The notes below the pieces were generated by a model. It worked only from the letters and a program-made list of their open reading frames with translations. It did no database searches and had not been told where the DNA came from. Shown piece after piece: positions 50,501 through 64,000 of a DNA stretch of 64,000 nt. A program made the translations under genes and the position numbers. Within the stretch, counting starts at the first letter, position 1, and the number at the start of each line of letters is the position of its first letter. The DNA is from Anaeramoeba ignava BMAN (lineage: Eukaryota; Protista; Anaeramoebae), in assembly GCA_028826165.1 (NCBI GenBank), contig JAPDFW010000113.1, positions 1 to 64,000 of the forward strand, given 5' to 3'.

Positions 50501-51514
50501 AAATTCTTTAAAAAAAAAAAAAAACAACAAAGTAAACTACCACCTTAAATATTAAAATTAAATAAATAAATTAAATAAATAAATTAAATATTAAATAAAT
50601 TAAATATTAAATAAATTAAATAAATTAAATATTAAATATTAAATATTAAATATTAAATAAATTAAATTAAATTAAATTAAATATTAAATATTAAATATTA
50701 AATATTAAATAATAACAAAATAAATAAAATAAACAAATTAAATAAAATAAATATTAAATTAAAATTAAATAATTAAATAAATTAAATAAATTAAAAATAA
50801 AATAAAATAAAATAAAAAAATTAAATAAATTAAATATTAAATATTAAATATTAAATATTAAATATTAAATATTAAAATATTAAATATTAAATATTAAATA
50901 TTAAATATTAAATATTAAAATATTAAATATTAAATATTAAATATTAAATATTAAATAAATTAAATATTATATTAAATATTAAATAAATTAAATAAAAATA
51001 AATATTAAATAAATTAAATAATAAATTAAATATTAAATATTAAATATTAAATATTAAATATTAAATATTAAATATTAAATATTAAATATTAAATAAATTA
51101 AATATTATATTAAATATTAAATAAATTAAATAAAATAAATATTAAATAAATTAAATAATAAATTAAATATTAAATATTAAATATTAAATATTAAATAAAT
51201 TAAATATTAAATATTAAATATTAAATATTAAATATTAAATATTAAATATTAAATTAAAATTTGAATTGAGGAAAAAAAACCTTTTCTGCATCTGTTGAAA
51301 AAAATAAAGATTTATCTCTTTTAGCTTTAATTATATCTTCAAGATCTGGTTCATAAAAAGGTAAATTCTCAGATTTCCAAGCTGCAATTCTTTTTTCATC
51401 AACATCAAAAACAGTTGCTTTTATATCTGGATTTTTTTCACAAATAACAGCCATAGTTGGAACACCAACATAACCAGCACCAAGACAACAAATAGGATAA
51501 GGTTTTTTTTCCAT
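47534..51514 (-). CDS. UGDH: UDP-glucose 6-dehydrogenase, five exons
   Basis: [107 protein letters not shown]. Confidence 0.96.
49651..50544. mobile_element. 894-bp non-autonomous TIR DNA transposon (MITE-like, Kolobok-type termini) in UGDH intron 1
   Basis: TTAA|GGTGGTAGTTTA-TTTGTTG ... CAACAAAGTAAACTACCACC|TTAA. Complex sequence inside a simple-repeat intron; no long ORF. Confidence 0.85.
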
Positions 51515-51695
51515 TTTTTAAATTTAATTTAATTTTTTGAAAAGTAAAAAAATGAAAAAAAATTAATTAAAAAAAAAAAGAAAAAAAAAATAATTTTTTA
51601 ATTTAATGTCAAGTTGAGTCATGTTTTTTTTTTTTAAATTTTTTTTCATTTTTTTCTTTTCATTTTTCATTTTTTTTCTTTATTATTTAATTAAA

Positions 51696-53952
51696 ATGCA
51701 TAGTGTTGAAAGTGCTAATAGAATTCTTCAATTATCAAAAAAAAGAAAAGAAAGTCAAGCAAATTTTCAAAAAAGACAACAAGAAGTTAAACAAAAACAT
51801 CAAGTTCGTGTTGGAGAAATTAGTTCAAAATTTGCAAAAAAAAATCAAGAATTAGAAGAAAAATTAAAACAAGAAACAATTGGTTTAGTTTCTATTAATG
51901 ATTTTAAAAAGAAAAGAGAACAAATTGAATTAGAAAAAATTGAATTAGAAAAAAAGAAAAAACGAAAAGAAAAAGAAAAAGAAAAAACAAAAGCATTAAA
52001 TCGTTCAACTTTATCTTTTTCTTTTCCAGATGAAAATGAAGATGATGAAAGTGAAAGTGAAAATGAAAGTGAAAATGAAGATGAAAATGAAAAAAATAAT
52101 GAAAGTGAAAATGAAAATGAAAATGAAAATGAAAACAAAAATGAAAATAAAAGTGAAAATGAAAATAATCAAAAAGATAATAAAGAAGTTAATCCAAAAA
52201 GACATAAAACAAATAAAAAGAAAACATATTCAAAAATTGGAAAAAATCCAAATGTTGATACTTCATTTCTTCCTGATAGAGAAAGAGATGAACAAATAAA
52301 AGAACAAAGAAACGAATTAATTAAGCAATGGAAAGAAGAACAAGAAAAAATTAAACAAGAAAAAATAAATATAACTTACAGGTTAATATTTAATATTTTA
52401 ATATTTTAATATTTACTATTTTAATAATTTAATATTTTAATATTTTAATATTTAATATTTTAATATTTAATATTTAATATTTAATATTTAATATTTAATA
52501 TTTAATATTTTAATATTTTAATATTTTAATATTTTAATATTTTAATATTTAATATTTTAATATTTAATATTTAATTTATTTAATTTATTTTAATATTTTA
52601 ATATTTAATATTTAATTTATTTAATTTATTTTAATATTTTTAATATTTAATATTTTAATATTTAATATTTTAATTTATTTTAATTTATTTAATTTAATTT
52701 AATTTAATTTAATTTAATTAATATTTTAATATTTAATATTTAATTTAATATTTTTAATATTTTAATATTTTAATATTTAATTTATTTTAATATTTTAATA
52801 TTTTAATATTTAATTTATTTTAATATTTTAATTTAATTTTAATTTTAATTTAATTTAATTAATATTTTTAATATTTAATATTTTAATTTAATATTTTAAT
52901 ATTTTAATATTTTTAATATTTAATTTATTTTAATATTTTAATATTTTAATATTTTAATATTTAATATTTAATTTATTTAATATTTTAATATTTAATATTT
53001 TAATATTTAATATTTTAATATTTTAATATTTTAATATTTTAATATTTTAATATTTTTAATATTTTAATATTTTAATATTTTTAATATTTTTAATATTTTA
53101 ATATTTTAATATTTTAATATTTTAATATTTTAATATTTTAATATTTTAATATTTTAATATTTTAATATTTTAATATTTTAATATTTTAATATTTTAATAT
53201 TTTAATATTTTAATATTTTAATATTTTAATATTTTAATATTTTAATATTTTAATATTTTAATATTTAATATTTAATATTTAATATTTAATATTTTAATAT
53301 TTATTTAATTTATTTTAATTTTTTATTTATTTAATATTTTAATATTTAATATTTAATATTTAATTTATTTAATATTTTAATATTTTAATATTTTAATATT
53401 TAATATTTAATATTTTAATATTTTAATATTTAATATTTTAATATTTAATATTTTAATATTTTAATATTTAATATTTTAATATTTAATATTTAATTTATTT
53501 AATTTATTTAATTTAATTTAATTTAATTTAATTGAAAAAAAATTAGTTATTGGGATGGAGCAGGACATCGAAGAACAATGACTATTACTAAAGGTACATC
53601 AATATCACAATTTCTTGAAAAAGTACGAATGGAATTTTACAAAGAACTAAAAGCAATATCAGTTGAAGATTTACTATTTGTAAAAGAAGATTTAATAATT
53701 CCACAAAATTACACATTTTATGATTTAATAGTAACAAAAGCAAGAGGAAAAAGTGGACCTTTATTTCAATGGGATGTTCATGATGATGTTAGACTTCTTT
53801 CTGATGCAAAAAAAGAAAAAGAAGAATCTCATGCTGCAAAAGTTGTTCAACGCTCTTGGTACAATAAAAATAAGCATTTGTTTCCTGCTTCTCGTTGGGA
53901 AGTTTTTGATCCATCCATTAAAAGATCAAAATATACTATTTTTGGTGATTGA
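51696..53952 (+). CDS. FAM50: FAM50/XAP5 family protein, two exons
   Basis: [40 protein letters not shown] across intron 52382-53546, [36 protein letters not shown]. Confidence 0.95.
52385..53530. repeat. (TTTTAATA/TTTAATA)n intronic microsatellite
   Basis: Directly visible. Confidence 0.92.
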
Positions 53953-54090
53953 AAATTTGTTCCACTTTTTTTTTGCTTTTTTTCGCTTTTTTTCGCTTTT
54001 TTCTTTTAAAAACAATAATAAAGTTTTTTTTTATTATTTGAAAAATTTAATTTTCATTTTTCATTTTTATTTTTTATTATTTTTTATTAA

Positions 54091-56123
54091 ATGGAAAATA
54101 TTTTTGGAGAATTAAAGTTAATTAGTAAATTTAAAAGTTTAAAAATTTAAAAATTTAAAAATAAAAATAATTAAATTTTTCATTTTAGTTTTTGGAGCAA
54201 GAAATTTAAACGCAAATCTGGATTCAAAAAGTATTTAAAATCTCTTCTTCTTCTTCTTCTTCTTTTATTCAATTATTTAATTTAATTATCGAATTTTAAA
54301 AAAATTTTTTTTATTTTTTTCTAGCTTCATTAAATCCTTATTTGACAATTTATAGTTACGAATATAATCATAGAACAAAAGTTATAGAAAATTCAACAAA
54401 GCCAAAATGGAATACAAAGTTTTCAATGTAAAAAAAAAATAGTTTGAAAATCAAAAATAATTTTGAAAAGAAAATCATCAAAAAAATTAAACAAAGAAAA
54501 TTTTTTATTAATCACATTCCGAATTCTAGAAACATTTTCCATCCATTTTTACCAATTATAATTGATATCAAAACAAGAGAAAATAAAAAAAACATTGGAA
54601 AAGAAGATCGACTACTTGGAAAATATGAAGTCAATCTTGGATTTCTTTTCGCAAGAACAGGAGACAAATCAACCACAGAAATCAACCTACCCGTAACTTG
54701 GTATAACATTTCTCTTAGCGGAGGGGGAACTACACCAACAATAGAAAGCAAAACGGAAAACACTAACAAACCGCAATTGTTGATGAAAATTCAGTACAAA
54801 ATTCCACAAGAATGGATTAATTTGTATTTGGGTTATTTGTGCCTGAATTATGGTGATTATCCTGATGCGGTGGGATACCTTACAAAAGCCATTCTACAAG
54901 CCAAAAATCAACAACAAAAACATGAACTTTTTGCACTTTCTTTGAGAGAGATTTGTTTCGAGATACAAAAAAAACATGAACTAGCCATCTGTGATCTAAA
55001 CCAGATCATGCAAAATCTTCCAAATTGGGAGTACGCTTATTATCGTATTGCATTGCTCCATTTTTTTGTTGGAGATATTAAAGAAGGAACAGAAAATTTC
55101 CAACAAGCTCAAAATTTTGATCAACAAGATCCTCTTTTTAAATTATCTTTAAAAAGACTAGAAAATAAGGTGAAGAACATTGAAAATTTTAAAAGAAAAG
55201 AAATTAAAGAACTTTTATTTCAAAACTTTGATGATTCTTCAATTAATTATTTCATTTTATCTTGCCAAAAACAAATTCCACTTGCAAAAGAAAATTTAAA
55301 AGAAAATTTAAAAGAAAATTCAAATGAAAATTCAAATGAAAATCAAAACATTTTTTCTCAAAATTATCCTGAAGATAAACCTGTTAATGGTGATCCGTTG
55401 CAAGATTCTGATATCGTCAAATATCCTAAATTCATTCCAATAGACAAAAAACCAAAAATCGAATTTAATAACTCAAAAGAAACAAAAACAAATTCAACTT
55501 TGGAAAATCAATTACATAATTCTCAATCATTCCAATCTCAAAAAACTTCCCAAAAAACAGATGATGTCGATATTCTTGGTCACCGTAAAAATTGGTTAAC
55601 TTTTTTCGCAGAATCTGTTGTTGAAAACAAAACAGAAGAGCCAAAAAAACCAAAATCAAAAAAACCAAAATCAAAAAATGATGATCTGGATGATTTTTTG
55701 CAAGAAACAATAGAGGAAAATGAAGACAAAACAATAAACCGAAAACTAAATCAAAACCAAGAAATGGTTAAACCAAAGAAAATCCAATCCTCAAGAGATC
55801 TACAGCATTTGGAAAAGCCTCAAATTGAAAACAAAACAAAACAAAATGAAAAATCAAGAAATGAATTGAATTCAAAAAAAGAATTTCCCGAAAAGAAAAG
55901 GGAAATTGAAGAAATGGAAACTCAAGAGAACGATCCAAACTCAAAAGTTGATAATGTTGAGTCTGTAGATTTGTCTGTTGAAAAATCAAGGAAGGTTGAT
56001 CAAAAAATTTCACAAAAAACGTCAACTCAAAAAGGAATTCGACCTTCAGAAATTCGAAAGCAAAGATTTCGTGGGCCAAAAAAAGGGGTAAAAATACAAT
56101 TTGGTGCTATGGATGATGTTTAA
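54091..56123 (+). CDS. C2 domain + TPR repeat protein with a disordered C-terminus
   Basis: Short 5' exons give GARNL..NPYLTI..RTKVIENSTKPKWN (C2), followed by DRLLGKYEVNL and TPR-like LGYLCLNYGDYPDAVGYLTKAI and AYYRIALLHF. Confidence 0.7.
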
Positions 56124-56323
56124 TTTTTTCTTCTCTCTCAATTTATTTTGCTTTTTCCCTTCTTTTTTTTTGTTTAATTTGGATTTATTATTAATGAAAT
56201 TTTGACAACCAAAATGAAAAATCAAAACAAAAATTAAAATTTTTTTTTTAAACAAAAAATTCGGAAAATCATTTTTTTCTTTTTCATTTTTTTCATTTTC
56301 ATTTTTTTCATTTTCATTTTTTA

Positions 56324-58738
56324 ATGAATAACTTTAATCAATTTTACAATTCTCAAAATTACTCTCCTTTTTTAACAACAATTCCAAGAACAGATCCTCA
56401 ATTTGAAAAAATAATATTTGTTGCCGGAAAACATTTTTTAAAATATTTTGATGGAATAAAAAAAAATTTTGTTCAAAATAATCCACAACAAGATGTAAAT
56501 GCCACAAAAAAGACATGAATTTAAAAAGAAAATTTTATCATTTTTCATTTTCATTTTTATTTTTCATTTTTCATTATTTTTTTTTTGATAGAATCAAAAT
56601 GTTGAGAAAGAAAGTTTTGTTATTTATCAAAGAAAAAGAGAATCACAATCACTTCAAGATATAAAATATAGAATAGTTTCTTTTTCTTCAATAAAACAAG
56701 TCAATTTTAATTTAACTCCTGGATTTCGTTATCAAAAAACACAAAAAGAAGAAGTTGTTCTTAGTTTGAATGAAAATGGAAATTTGTTTCCAACTTTTTA
56801 TTTTCTTGAAAAAAATAAACTTGATGAACTTTTGACAAAATTAGAAGAAATTAAAAAAGATTTAGAACTAGATTTCCAAATTTTAAATCAAAATTTAAAT
56901 CCAAATCCAAATCAAAGTCAAATTTTAAATCAAAGTCAAAATTTAAATCCAAATCAATTTTTAAGTCCAAATAAAATTATGAATCCAAATCCAAATCCAA
57001 ATCAAAGTCAAATTTTAAATCAAAGTCAAAATTTAAACCAAAATCAATTTTTAAGTCCAAATAAAATTATGAATCCAAATCAAAATTTAAATCAAAACCA
57101 AATTTTAAATCCAAATCCAAATCCAAATCAAAATCAAAGTCAAATTTTAAATCAAACCCAACTTGAAAACCAAATTTTAAATCCAAATCCAAATCCAAAT
57201 CAAAGTCAAATTTTAAATCAAAATTTAAACCAAAATCAATTTTTAAGTCCAAATAAAATTATGAATCCAAATCAAAATCAAAGTCAAAATTTAAATCAAA
57301 CCCAACTTGAAAATCAAATTTTGAATCCAAATCCAAATCCAAATCCAAATCAAAATCAAAGTCAAAATTTAAATCAAAACCAAAATCAAAGTCAAAATTT
57401 AAATCAAAGTCAAAATCAAAGTCAAAACCAAAATCAAAATCAAAATCAAAGTCAAAATCAAAGTCAAAATTTAAATCAAAGCCAAAATCAAAATTTAAAT
57501 CAAAGTCAAAATCAAAGTCAAAATTTAAATCAAAGCCAAAATCAAAATTTAAATCAAAATCAAAATGAAAATCAAATTTTAATTCCAAGAAATATCCAAA
57601 CCAATAAAAGCCAAAATTTAAATCCAAATCAATTTTTAAGTCCAAATAAAATTATGAATCCAAATCCAAATCCAAATCAAAGTCAATTTCCAAATCAATT
57701 TCCAAATCAAATGATGAATCCAAATCAATTTCCAAATCCAAATCAATTTCCAAATCAAAATCAATTTCCAAATCAAAATCAATTTCCAAATCAAAATCAA
57801 TTTCCAAATCAAAATCAATTTCCAAATCAAAATCAATTTCCAAATCAAAATCAATTTCCAAATCAAAATCAATTTCCAAATCAAATGATGAATCAAAATC
57901 AATTTCCAAATCAAAATCAATTTCTAAATCAATTTCCAAATCAATTTCCAAATCAAATGATGAATCCAAATCAATTTCCAAATCAATTTCCAAATCAAAA
58001 TCAATTTCCAAATCAATTTCCAAATCAAATGATGAATCAAAATCAAAAACAATTTCCAAATCAAAATCAATTTCAAAATCAAAATCAAATGATGAATCAA
58101 AATCAATTTCCAAATCAATTTCCAAATCAAATTCCAAATCAAATGATGAATCCAAATCAATTTCCAAATCAAAATCAATTTCCAAATCAAAATCAACTTC
58201 AAAATCAATTTCAAAATCAATTTCAAAATCCAAATCAATTTCAAAATCAATTTCAAAATCAATTTCAAAATCAAAATCAATTTCAAAATCAATTTCCAAA
58301 TCAAATTTTAAATCAAAATCAAAACCAAAATCAAAACTCAAAATCAAAATCAAAATCAAAATCAAAATCAAAATCAAATTGAAAATCAAATTGAAATTTT
58401 AAATCAAAGTCTACTTGAAAATCAAATTTTAAATCAAATTACAAAGTAAATTAAATTTATTAAATTATTTTAAATTCAAAACAAACACTAATTTAATTAA
58501 CAATTAAATTTTTTTTTTTAAATTTTAAAGTCAAAATTCTTTAAGTCAATCTCAACAATTATTAACTCCAAAATTTTTGAAAAAAGAAAGTCAAGAAATT
58601 TTATTAAAATCTTCAATCAATCAAACTCAAAAACAAGATAAGAAAATAACAAAAGAACAAATTTCAAAAGCTTTAATAAATCTTTCTAATAATGAAAACT
58701 TTCTTGAATTTTTACTAAATGAAATTAAAAAAGATTAA
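56324..58738 (+). CDS. Divergent DCP1-like decapping activator (EVH1-like N-terminus, Q/N/P repeat linker, C-terminal trimerisation-like helix)
   Basis: IPRTDPQFEKIIFVAGKHFLKYFD..VEKESFVIYQR resembles DCP1 (LQRHDPYINRI..ALYTF..VEGTLFVY.R). ITKEQISKALINLSNNENFLEFL resembles LTKLQLQEALLYLIQNDDNFL. Confidence 0.6.
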
Positions 58739-59576
58739 AAATTTAAAAAAAACAAAAAGAAAGAATTCCAAAAAGAAAAAAATTTTTTTTTCCTTTTCAA
58801 AAAATCAAAAAAAAATAAAAACAAAAAATAAAAAATATTCTTTTAAAAAAAAAGAAAAAGATTTGTTTTGATTTGAAAGAAAAGTTTAATTAACCAAAAA
58901 CCAAAAATCAAAAATCAAAAAAAAAAAAAAAGCGAAAATCAAAAGCGAAAATCAAAAGCGAAAATCAAAAAGAAAAGCCAAAAAGAAATGTTGTTGCAAA
59001 GAAATGTTGTTGAAATGATTAAGAAGGATTTTTTTCTGAGAAACACTTTAGGTTTTATGTTTGAATTAGTTTATTGATCCTTTTTTTTTTGGTTATTCTA
59101 AATAAAGTGGACCAATAAAAAAAAAATCAAAAAGAAAAAACAAAATCAAAAAGAAATTTAAAAAACAAAAAAAAAACATTACAAAACAAACGCAGATCCA
59201 AAATTAAATAATAAGCATAATAAATAAAAAAATAAAATCAAATAAAACCAAATCAATTCAATTCAAATCAATTCAAATCAATTCAAATCAATTCAAATAA
59301 AATCAAATCAATTTAATTGAGATAAAGAAAGAAAGAAAAGAAAGAAAGAAAGAAATAGATCAATTTGAATAAGCATTGAATTAAAATATCAAAATCAATA
59401 AAGAAAATTAAGAAAGATTAGAAAAAAAAAGATTATAAAAGAAAGAAGAAGAAATATTTACCTAAAAAATAAAATTAAAATTAAAATTAAAATTAAAATT
59501 AAAATTAAAATTAAAATTCATTTATAAATTAAAATTAAAATTAAAATTAAAATTAAAAATTAAAATTAAAATTCAT

Positions 59577-62455
59577 TTATAAATTAAAATTTACCGGATC
59601 AAGATGATTATTTTGAAAGTACATAGCAGCTAATTGTTGTTGATATTGTTGATATTGTTGATATTGTTGATATTGTTGCATTTGTTGATATTGTTGATAT
59701 TGTTGTTGTTGATATTGTTGCATTGCCTTATCAGAATTTGGATCAGTAGACATTTGATTTGGATCTTGTGCCATCATATTATAATAATATAAATTCTATA
59801 CATTTATTCAGATTCAAATTCAATTAAAATTATAATTAGTTTGTTTTAAATAAAAAGATAATTTAACTTAAAAAATAAATTACATTCTATAAATATTTTG
59901 AATTGAAATTTGGATTAAAATTAAAATTTGAATTTTTTATTGATTTTATTTTATTTTTTTGAATTACCCATGAATATTGTTGGTTTGCTGAGTTGTTTTG
60001 TCCTGAAAAATTATGTCCTTGAGGATATTGTTTTTTAGTTCTTTTACCAAAATTACACTTTATTTTCACATTCGCAATTTCTTGGTCATTCATTGTTTGA
60101 ATTGCCTTTGAATATTTAAAATTAAAATTAAATTTAAAATTAAAATTAAAATTATAATTAAAATTATAATCAAAATTTAAAATTATAATTAAATAAATTA
60201 AATAAATTACTTGATCAGCTGCTGCTTCTCCATCTTCATCATTTGAGAAATGAATAAAACCAAATCCTTTTAATTTTCCTTGAGTTTTTGGTAAATTGAT
60301 TCCAGAAATTTCACCAAATTTTTGGAAAGCACTTCGTAAAATATCTTCTGTTATGTGTTGACCTTGTGTAGCATCAAATTGAACATGAACGCTATTTTTA
60401 CGGAAAGAATCATCTCCCCAATTAATTCTCATTTTGTGTGAATCTAATTAAATAATTTTAAATTTTAATTTTAATTTTAATTATGATTTTAATTTTAATT
60501 TTAATTTTAATTTTAATTTTAATTTTAATTTTAAATATAATTTTAATTTTAATTTTAATTTTAATTTTAATTTTAATTTTAATTTTAAATATAAATTTAA
60601 ATTTAATTTTAATTTTTATTTTAATTATTTTAATTTAATTTTTATTTTAATTTTAAATTTTAATTTTAATTTTGATTTTAATTTTAATTTAATTTTAATT
60701 TTAATTTTTAATTTTAATTTTGATTTTAATTTTAATTTTTAATTTTAATTTTAAATTTTAATTTTAATTTTAATTTTATTTTTAATTTTTATTTTAATTT
60801 TAATTTTAATTTTTTTTTTTTTTAATTTTAATTTTAATTTTAATTTTAAATCTAACAAAATTTGAAATTTTAATTTTAACAATTTTGATTTTGATTTTAA
60901 ATTTAATTTTAATTTTTAATAAAATTAAAAATTTTTTTTATTTTCAAATTAAAATTTTAATTAAAAATTTTAATTAAAAAGTTTTAATTTTAATTTTAAT
61001 TTTAATTTTATTTTCCAAATTTTAATTTTAAATTTTATTTAATTTTAATCCAATTTTAATTTTTAATTTCCAATTTTAATTTTAAACCTTTTTAGCTTAA
61101 TTTTAATTTTAATGGAACTAAATTTTAAATTTTTTTTATTTTGATTTTAATTTTAATTTTAATTTTAATTTTTAATTTTAAATTTTAATATTAATTTTTA
61201 TTTTAATTTTAATTTTAATTTTAATTTTAATTTACCAATTTTAATTTTAATTTTGGGATCTTAATTTTAATTTTAATTTAAATCTAACAAAACCCAAACC
61301 TTTATTTTAATTTTTTTTTTATTTTAAATTGGATTTTGTTTTTAAAAATTTTCAATTTTTTTCAAATGAATAAAATTTTAATAAAAATTTTTACCTAAAA
61401 ATTTTAATTTTAATTTTTCTGTTTTAACTTTAATTTCCAAAATTTTAAACAACTAAATTTGTATTTTCTTTTTAGCCCATCCAATTCTAATTTTTCGATT
61501 TCCAATTTTAATTTTAATTTTTAAACCTTTTTAATTTTTTTTGCATCTTTATGGAACTAAAAATAATTTAAAAATTTTATTTTTAATTTTTGATTTTAAT
61601 TTTGATTTTAATTTTAATTTTATTTTTAATTTTTGATTTTAATTTTAATTTTAATTTTTAATTTTAATTTTAATTTTAATTTTAATTTTAATTTTAATTT
61701 AATTTTAATTTTAATTTATGATTTTAATTTTAATTTTAATTTTAATTTTAAATTTTTAATTTTAATTTTAATTTTAATTTATAATTTTAATTTTAATTTT
61801 AATTTTAATTTTAATTTTTAATTTTAATTTTTAATTTTAATTTTAATTTTAATTTTAATTTTAATTTTAATTTTAATTTTAATTTTAATTTTAATTTTAA
61901 TTTTTATTTTAATTTTAATTTTAATTTTAATTTTAATTTTAATTTTAATTTTGATTTTAATATTAATTTTAATTATTTTAATTTTAATTTTAATTTTAAT
62001 TTTAATTTTAATTTTAATAATTTTAAATGAATTTTAATTTTTGTTTGGTAAAAAATATGAAAAACAAAAAATACCTTAAAATGAACAAAACCGTATCCAA
62101 GATTGTTTCCTGTGTTTCTATCTTTTTTAATATCAATTTTTTCAAGTTCACCAAATTTAGAAAAGATATTTTTAAGTTCAGTCTAAAAATAAAAATAAAA
62201 ATAATTAAATTTAGTTTTTGTTTTTAAAATTTAATTTAATGTTTAAATAGATAAAAATGTAGATTTACATCAGTGACATTTCGAGAAAGATCACCAACAA
62301 AAAGACAACGATCTTCTGGCATTTCTATTTTTACAAAAACAATTGAAATTGAAATTTAAATTTAATTTGTTAATTTGTTTATTTGTTAATTTGTTAATGT
62401 TTTATGTTTTTTTTTTGGTTTATTTATTATTAAATTTACCTTGTGATTCTGACAT
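59577..62455 (-). CDS. Multi-RRM RNA-binding protein with a QY-rich tail; middle exons garbled, 3' end uncertain
   Basis: CLFVGDLSRNVTD, NLGYGFVHF, fragments RKIRIGWA and GFGFVRF, KMRINWG, LKGFGFIHF, KIKCNFG. Confidence 0.8.
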
Positions 62456-62791
62456 TTTTTTTGAATTCATTTTTTTTTATATTTTTGTTTGTTTTATATA
62501 AAAAAAAAAATTTTTTTTGTTTTTGTTTTTTTATTTTATTTTTTTTTTTTGGAAAGAATAAAAAAGAAAAAAATAAAAAGGAAAAAAATGAAAAAAAGAA
62601 AAAGAAAAAAAAAATAAAATTTTTAATTAAAAAATCGTTATTTTTCTCAATTTAAAAAAATTTTTCTTTTTTTTTAATTTAATTTTATTTTTTCTCCTTT
62701 TTATTTTTTTCATTTTTCATTTTTCCCTTTTTTTTTAATTAATTAAATTTTTAATAAAGATTTTTAATCAAAATTTTAATCAAAAAAAAAT

Positions 62792-64000
62792 ATGCCAAAA
62801 CATAAAATAATTTCTACAGTTCCTTATTCTTCCAAAAAAAATTGTTTTATTATTGGATTTAATGATTTTAAAATGTTTGAAATTGAAGAAAATAATGTAA
62901 GAAAAAATTTATACCAAAAAATAAAAAAAAGTAAATAATAAATAAATAATAAATCAATAATAAAATTTTTTCCAAATTAAATTTTAAAATAAATTCAAAA
63001 TAGATTTTTTTAAGAGATCAAACAAAAATTGATATAAATAATTGGAAAGTAAAAAATAAATAAAAAATAAAAAATAAAACGAAAAATCAAAAAAACATAC
63101 TTTTATATCAAACAAATCCTGGAATGTTAAAAAGACTTTTGATACCAAACAGAAATAAAAAAATATTTATACTAGTGTTTTGCATGGAATCCAAACAATC
63201 AATCTCAACAACTTAGTGTTGGATTAAAAGATGGAAAAGGGATAATCTTTGATACTTTTCCTTTCTTTCCAGTGATGGAACTTAATCATGCTTTACATGC
63301 TAATTCTGTTTGTGAAACAATTTCATGGAATTCTATAAATTCCAATTTGATATTGACAGGTTTTAATAAGTCTAAAAATGGATCTTCAGCATTGATTTGG
63401 AACACAACAAAATTTACAGAAAACAGCATCAAAAACAAGAATGATCTCTCACAAATATCTGTATCACAAGTTCCTTCTATGAAGGATTCAAGCGCAGATA
63501 TACAAACACAAACAACCAATAATTTTATAGGAGCAAAATATTTATTAATTGATGAAACAACAATATTTCGTGAAAAAACAAATAGAAACACAATTACAAT
63601 TACTGAACCTTTTCTAAAATTATCAACAAAAGATCCTACCTCAAGCTCTTCTTGGGTTCCTGGTAGTGATAATTCTATTTTGATTGGTTCCAAAAATCGA
63701 GTTGTCAGATTTTTCGATCTTAGATCTGGTGTTAATCAAGTTAATTCTTTAAATGCTCATTCAAAAAGTGTTGTTTCAATTGATTTTGACCCTTTTAATA
63801 TCTCACGTTTTGCTACTTATTCTCATGATGGAAATGCAAAAATTTGGGATTTAAGAGATATTTCTCAACCAATATCCTTATTTTCAACAATTATTTTCTT
63901 TTTGGGAAATTTCTAAATCTAAATCTAAATCTAAATCAAAATCAAAATCAAAATCAAAATCAAAATCAAAATCAAAATCAAAATCAAAATCTAAATCTAA
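62792..64000 (+). CDS. MIOS: MIOS/Sea4-like WD40 subunit of GATOR2/SEACAT, partial
   Basis: CETISWNSINSNLILTGFNKSKNGSSALIWN, SSSWVP, RFFDLR, HSKSVVSIDFDPFNISRFATYS.DGNAKIWDLR match the MIOS N-terminal propeller. Confidence 0.75.

Noticed and set aside
59455-59470. AG|GT zero-length (recursive) splice site at the 3' end of the RRM gene
   Set aside because: A single instance that could equally be a normal last exon starting with GTA. It cannot be resolved without transcripts.
60840-61570. Scrambled or pseudogenised RRM exons
   Set aside because: Short coding remnants (GFGFVRF, RKIRIGWA) are smeared into TTTTAA repeat, most likely an assembly or polishing artefact.
1-64000. Inteins/Hint domains, tRNA, rRNA, transposase or reverse transcriptase genes
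   Set aside because: No recognisable motifs by eye. Small ncRNAs cannot be excluded without a covariance-model search.

Overview
Very AT-rich, gene-dense eukaryotic (protist) genomic DNA with about 22 protein-coding genes, most with GT-AG introns. The BTB-TLDc, RCC1-BTB and BTB-BACK families, the Asn/Gln/Glu runs and the TTTTCATTTT motifs before start codons resemble an anaerobic metamonad such as Anaeramoeba; this is an inference. Recognisable genes: RBBP4-like, UVRAG, SYS1, a vWA membrane protein, two BTB-TLDc genes, two RCC1-BTB genes flanking a divergent actin, RXT3/HDC1-like, COG4, spastin, UIF/FYTTD1-like, CD2BP2, UGDH, FAM50/XAP5, C2-TPR, DCP1-like, a multi-RRM protein and MIOS. Most large introns are filled with their own AT-rich tandem repeat, and one holds an 894-bp TTAA-flanked TIR element. 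The main discovery is inside the TLDc domain of both BTB-TLDc genes. What looks like a 3-kb intronic satellite is a tandem array of near-identical ~175-nt GT...AG introns separated by variable 3-nt microexons (AG|NNN|GT), each adding one codon to a single TLDc loop. The sequence has apparent homopolymer indels and two garbled consensus regions (about 16.1-18.4 kb and 60.8-61.6 kb), so exact coordinates there are uncertain.
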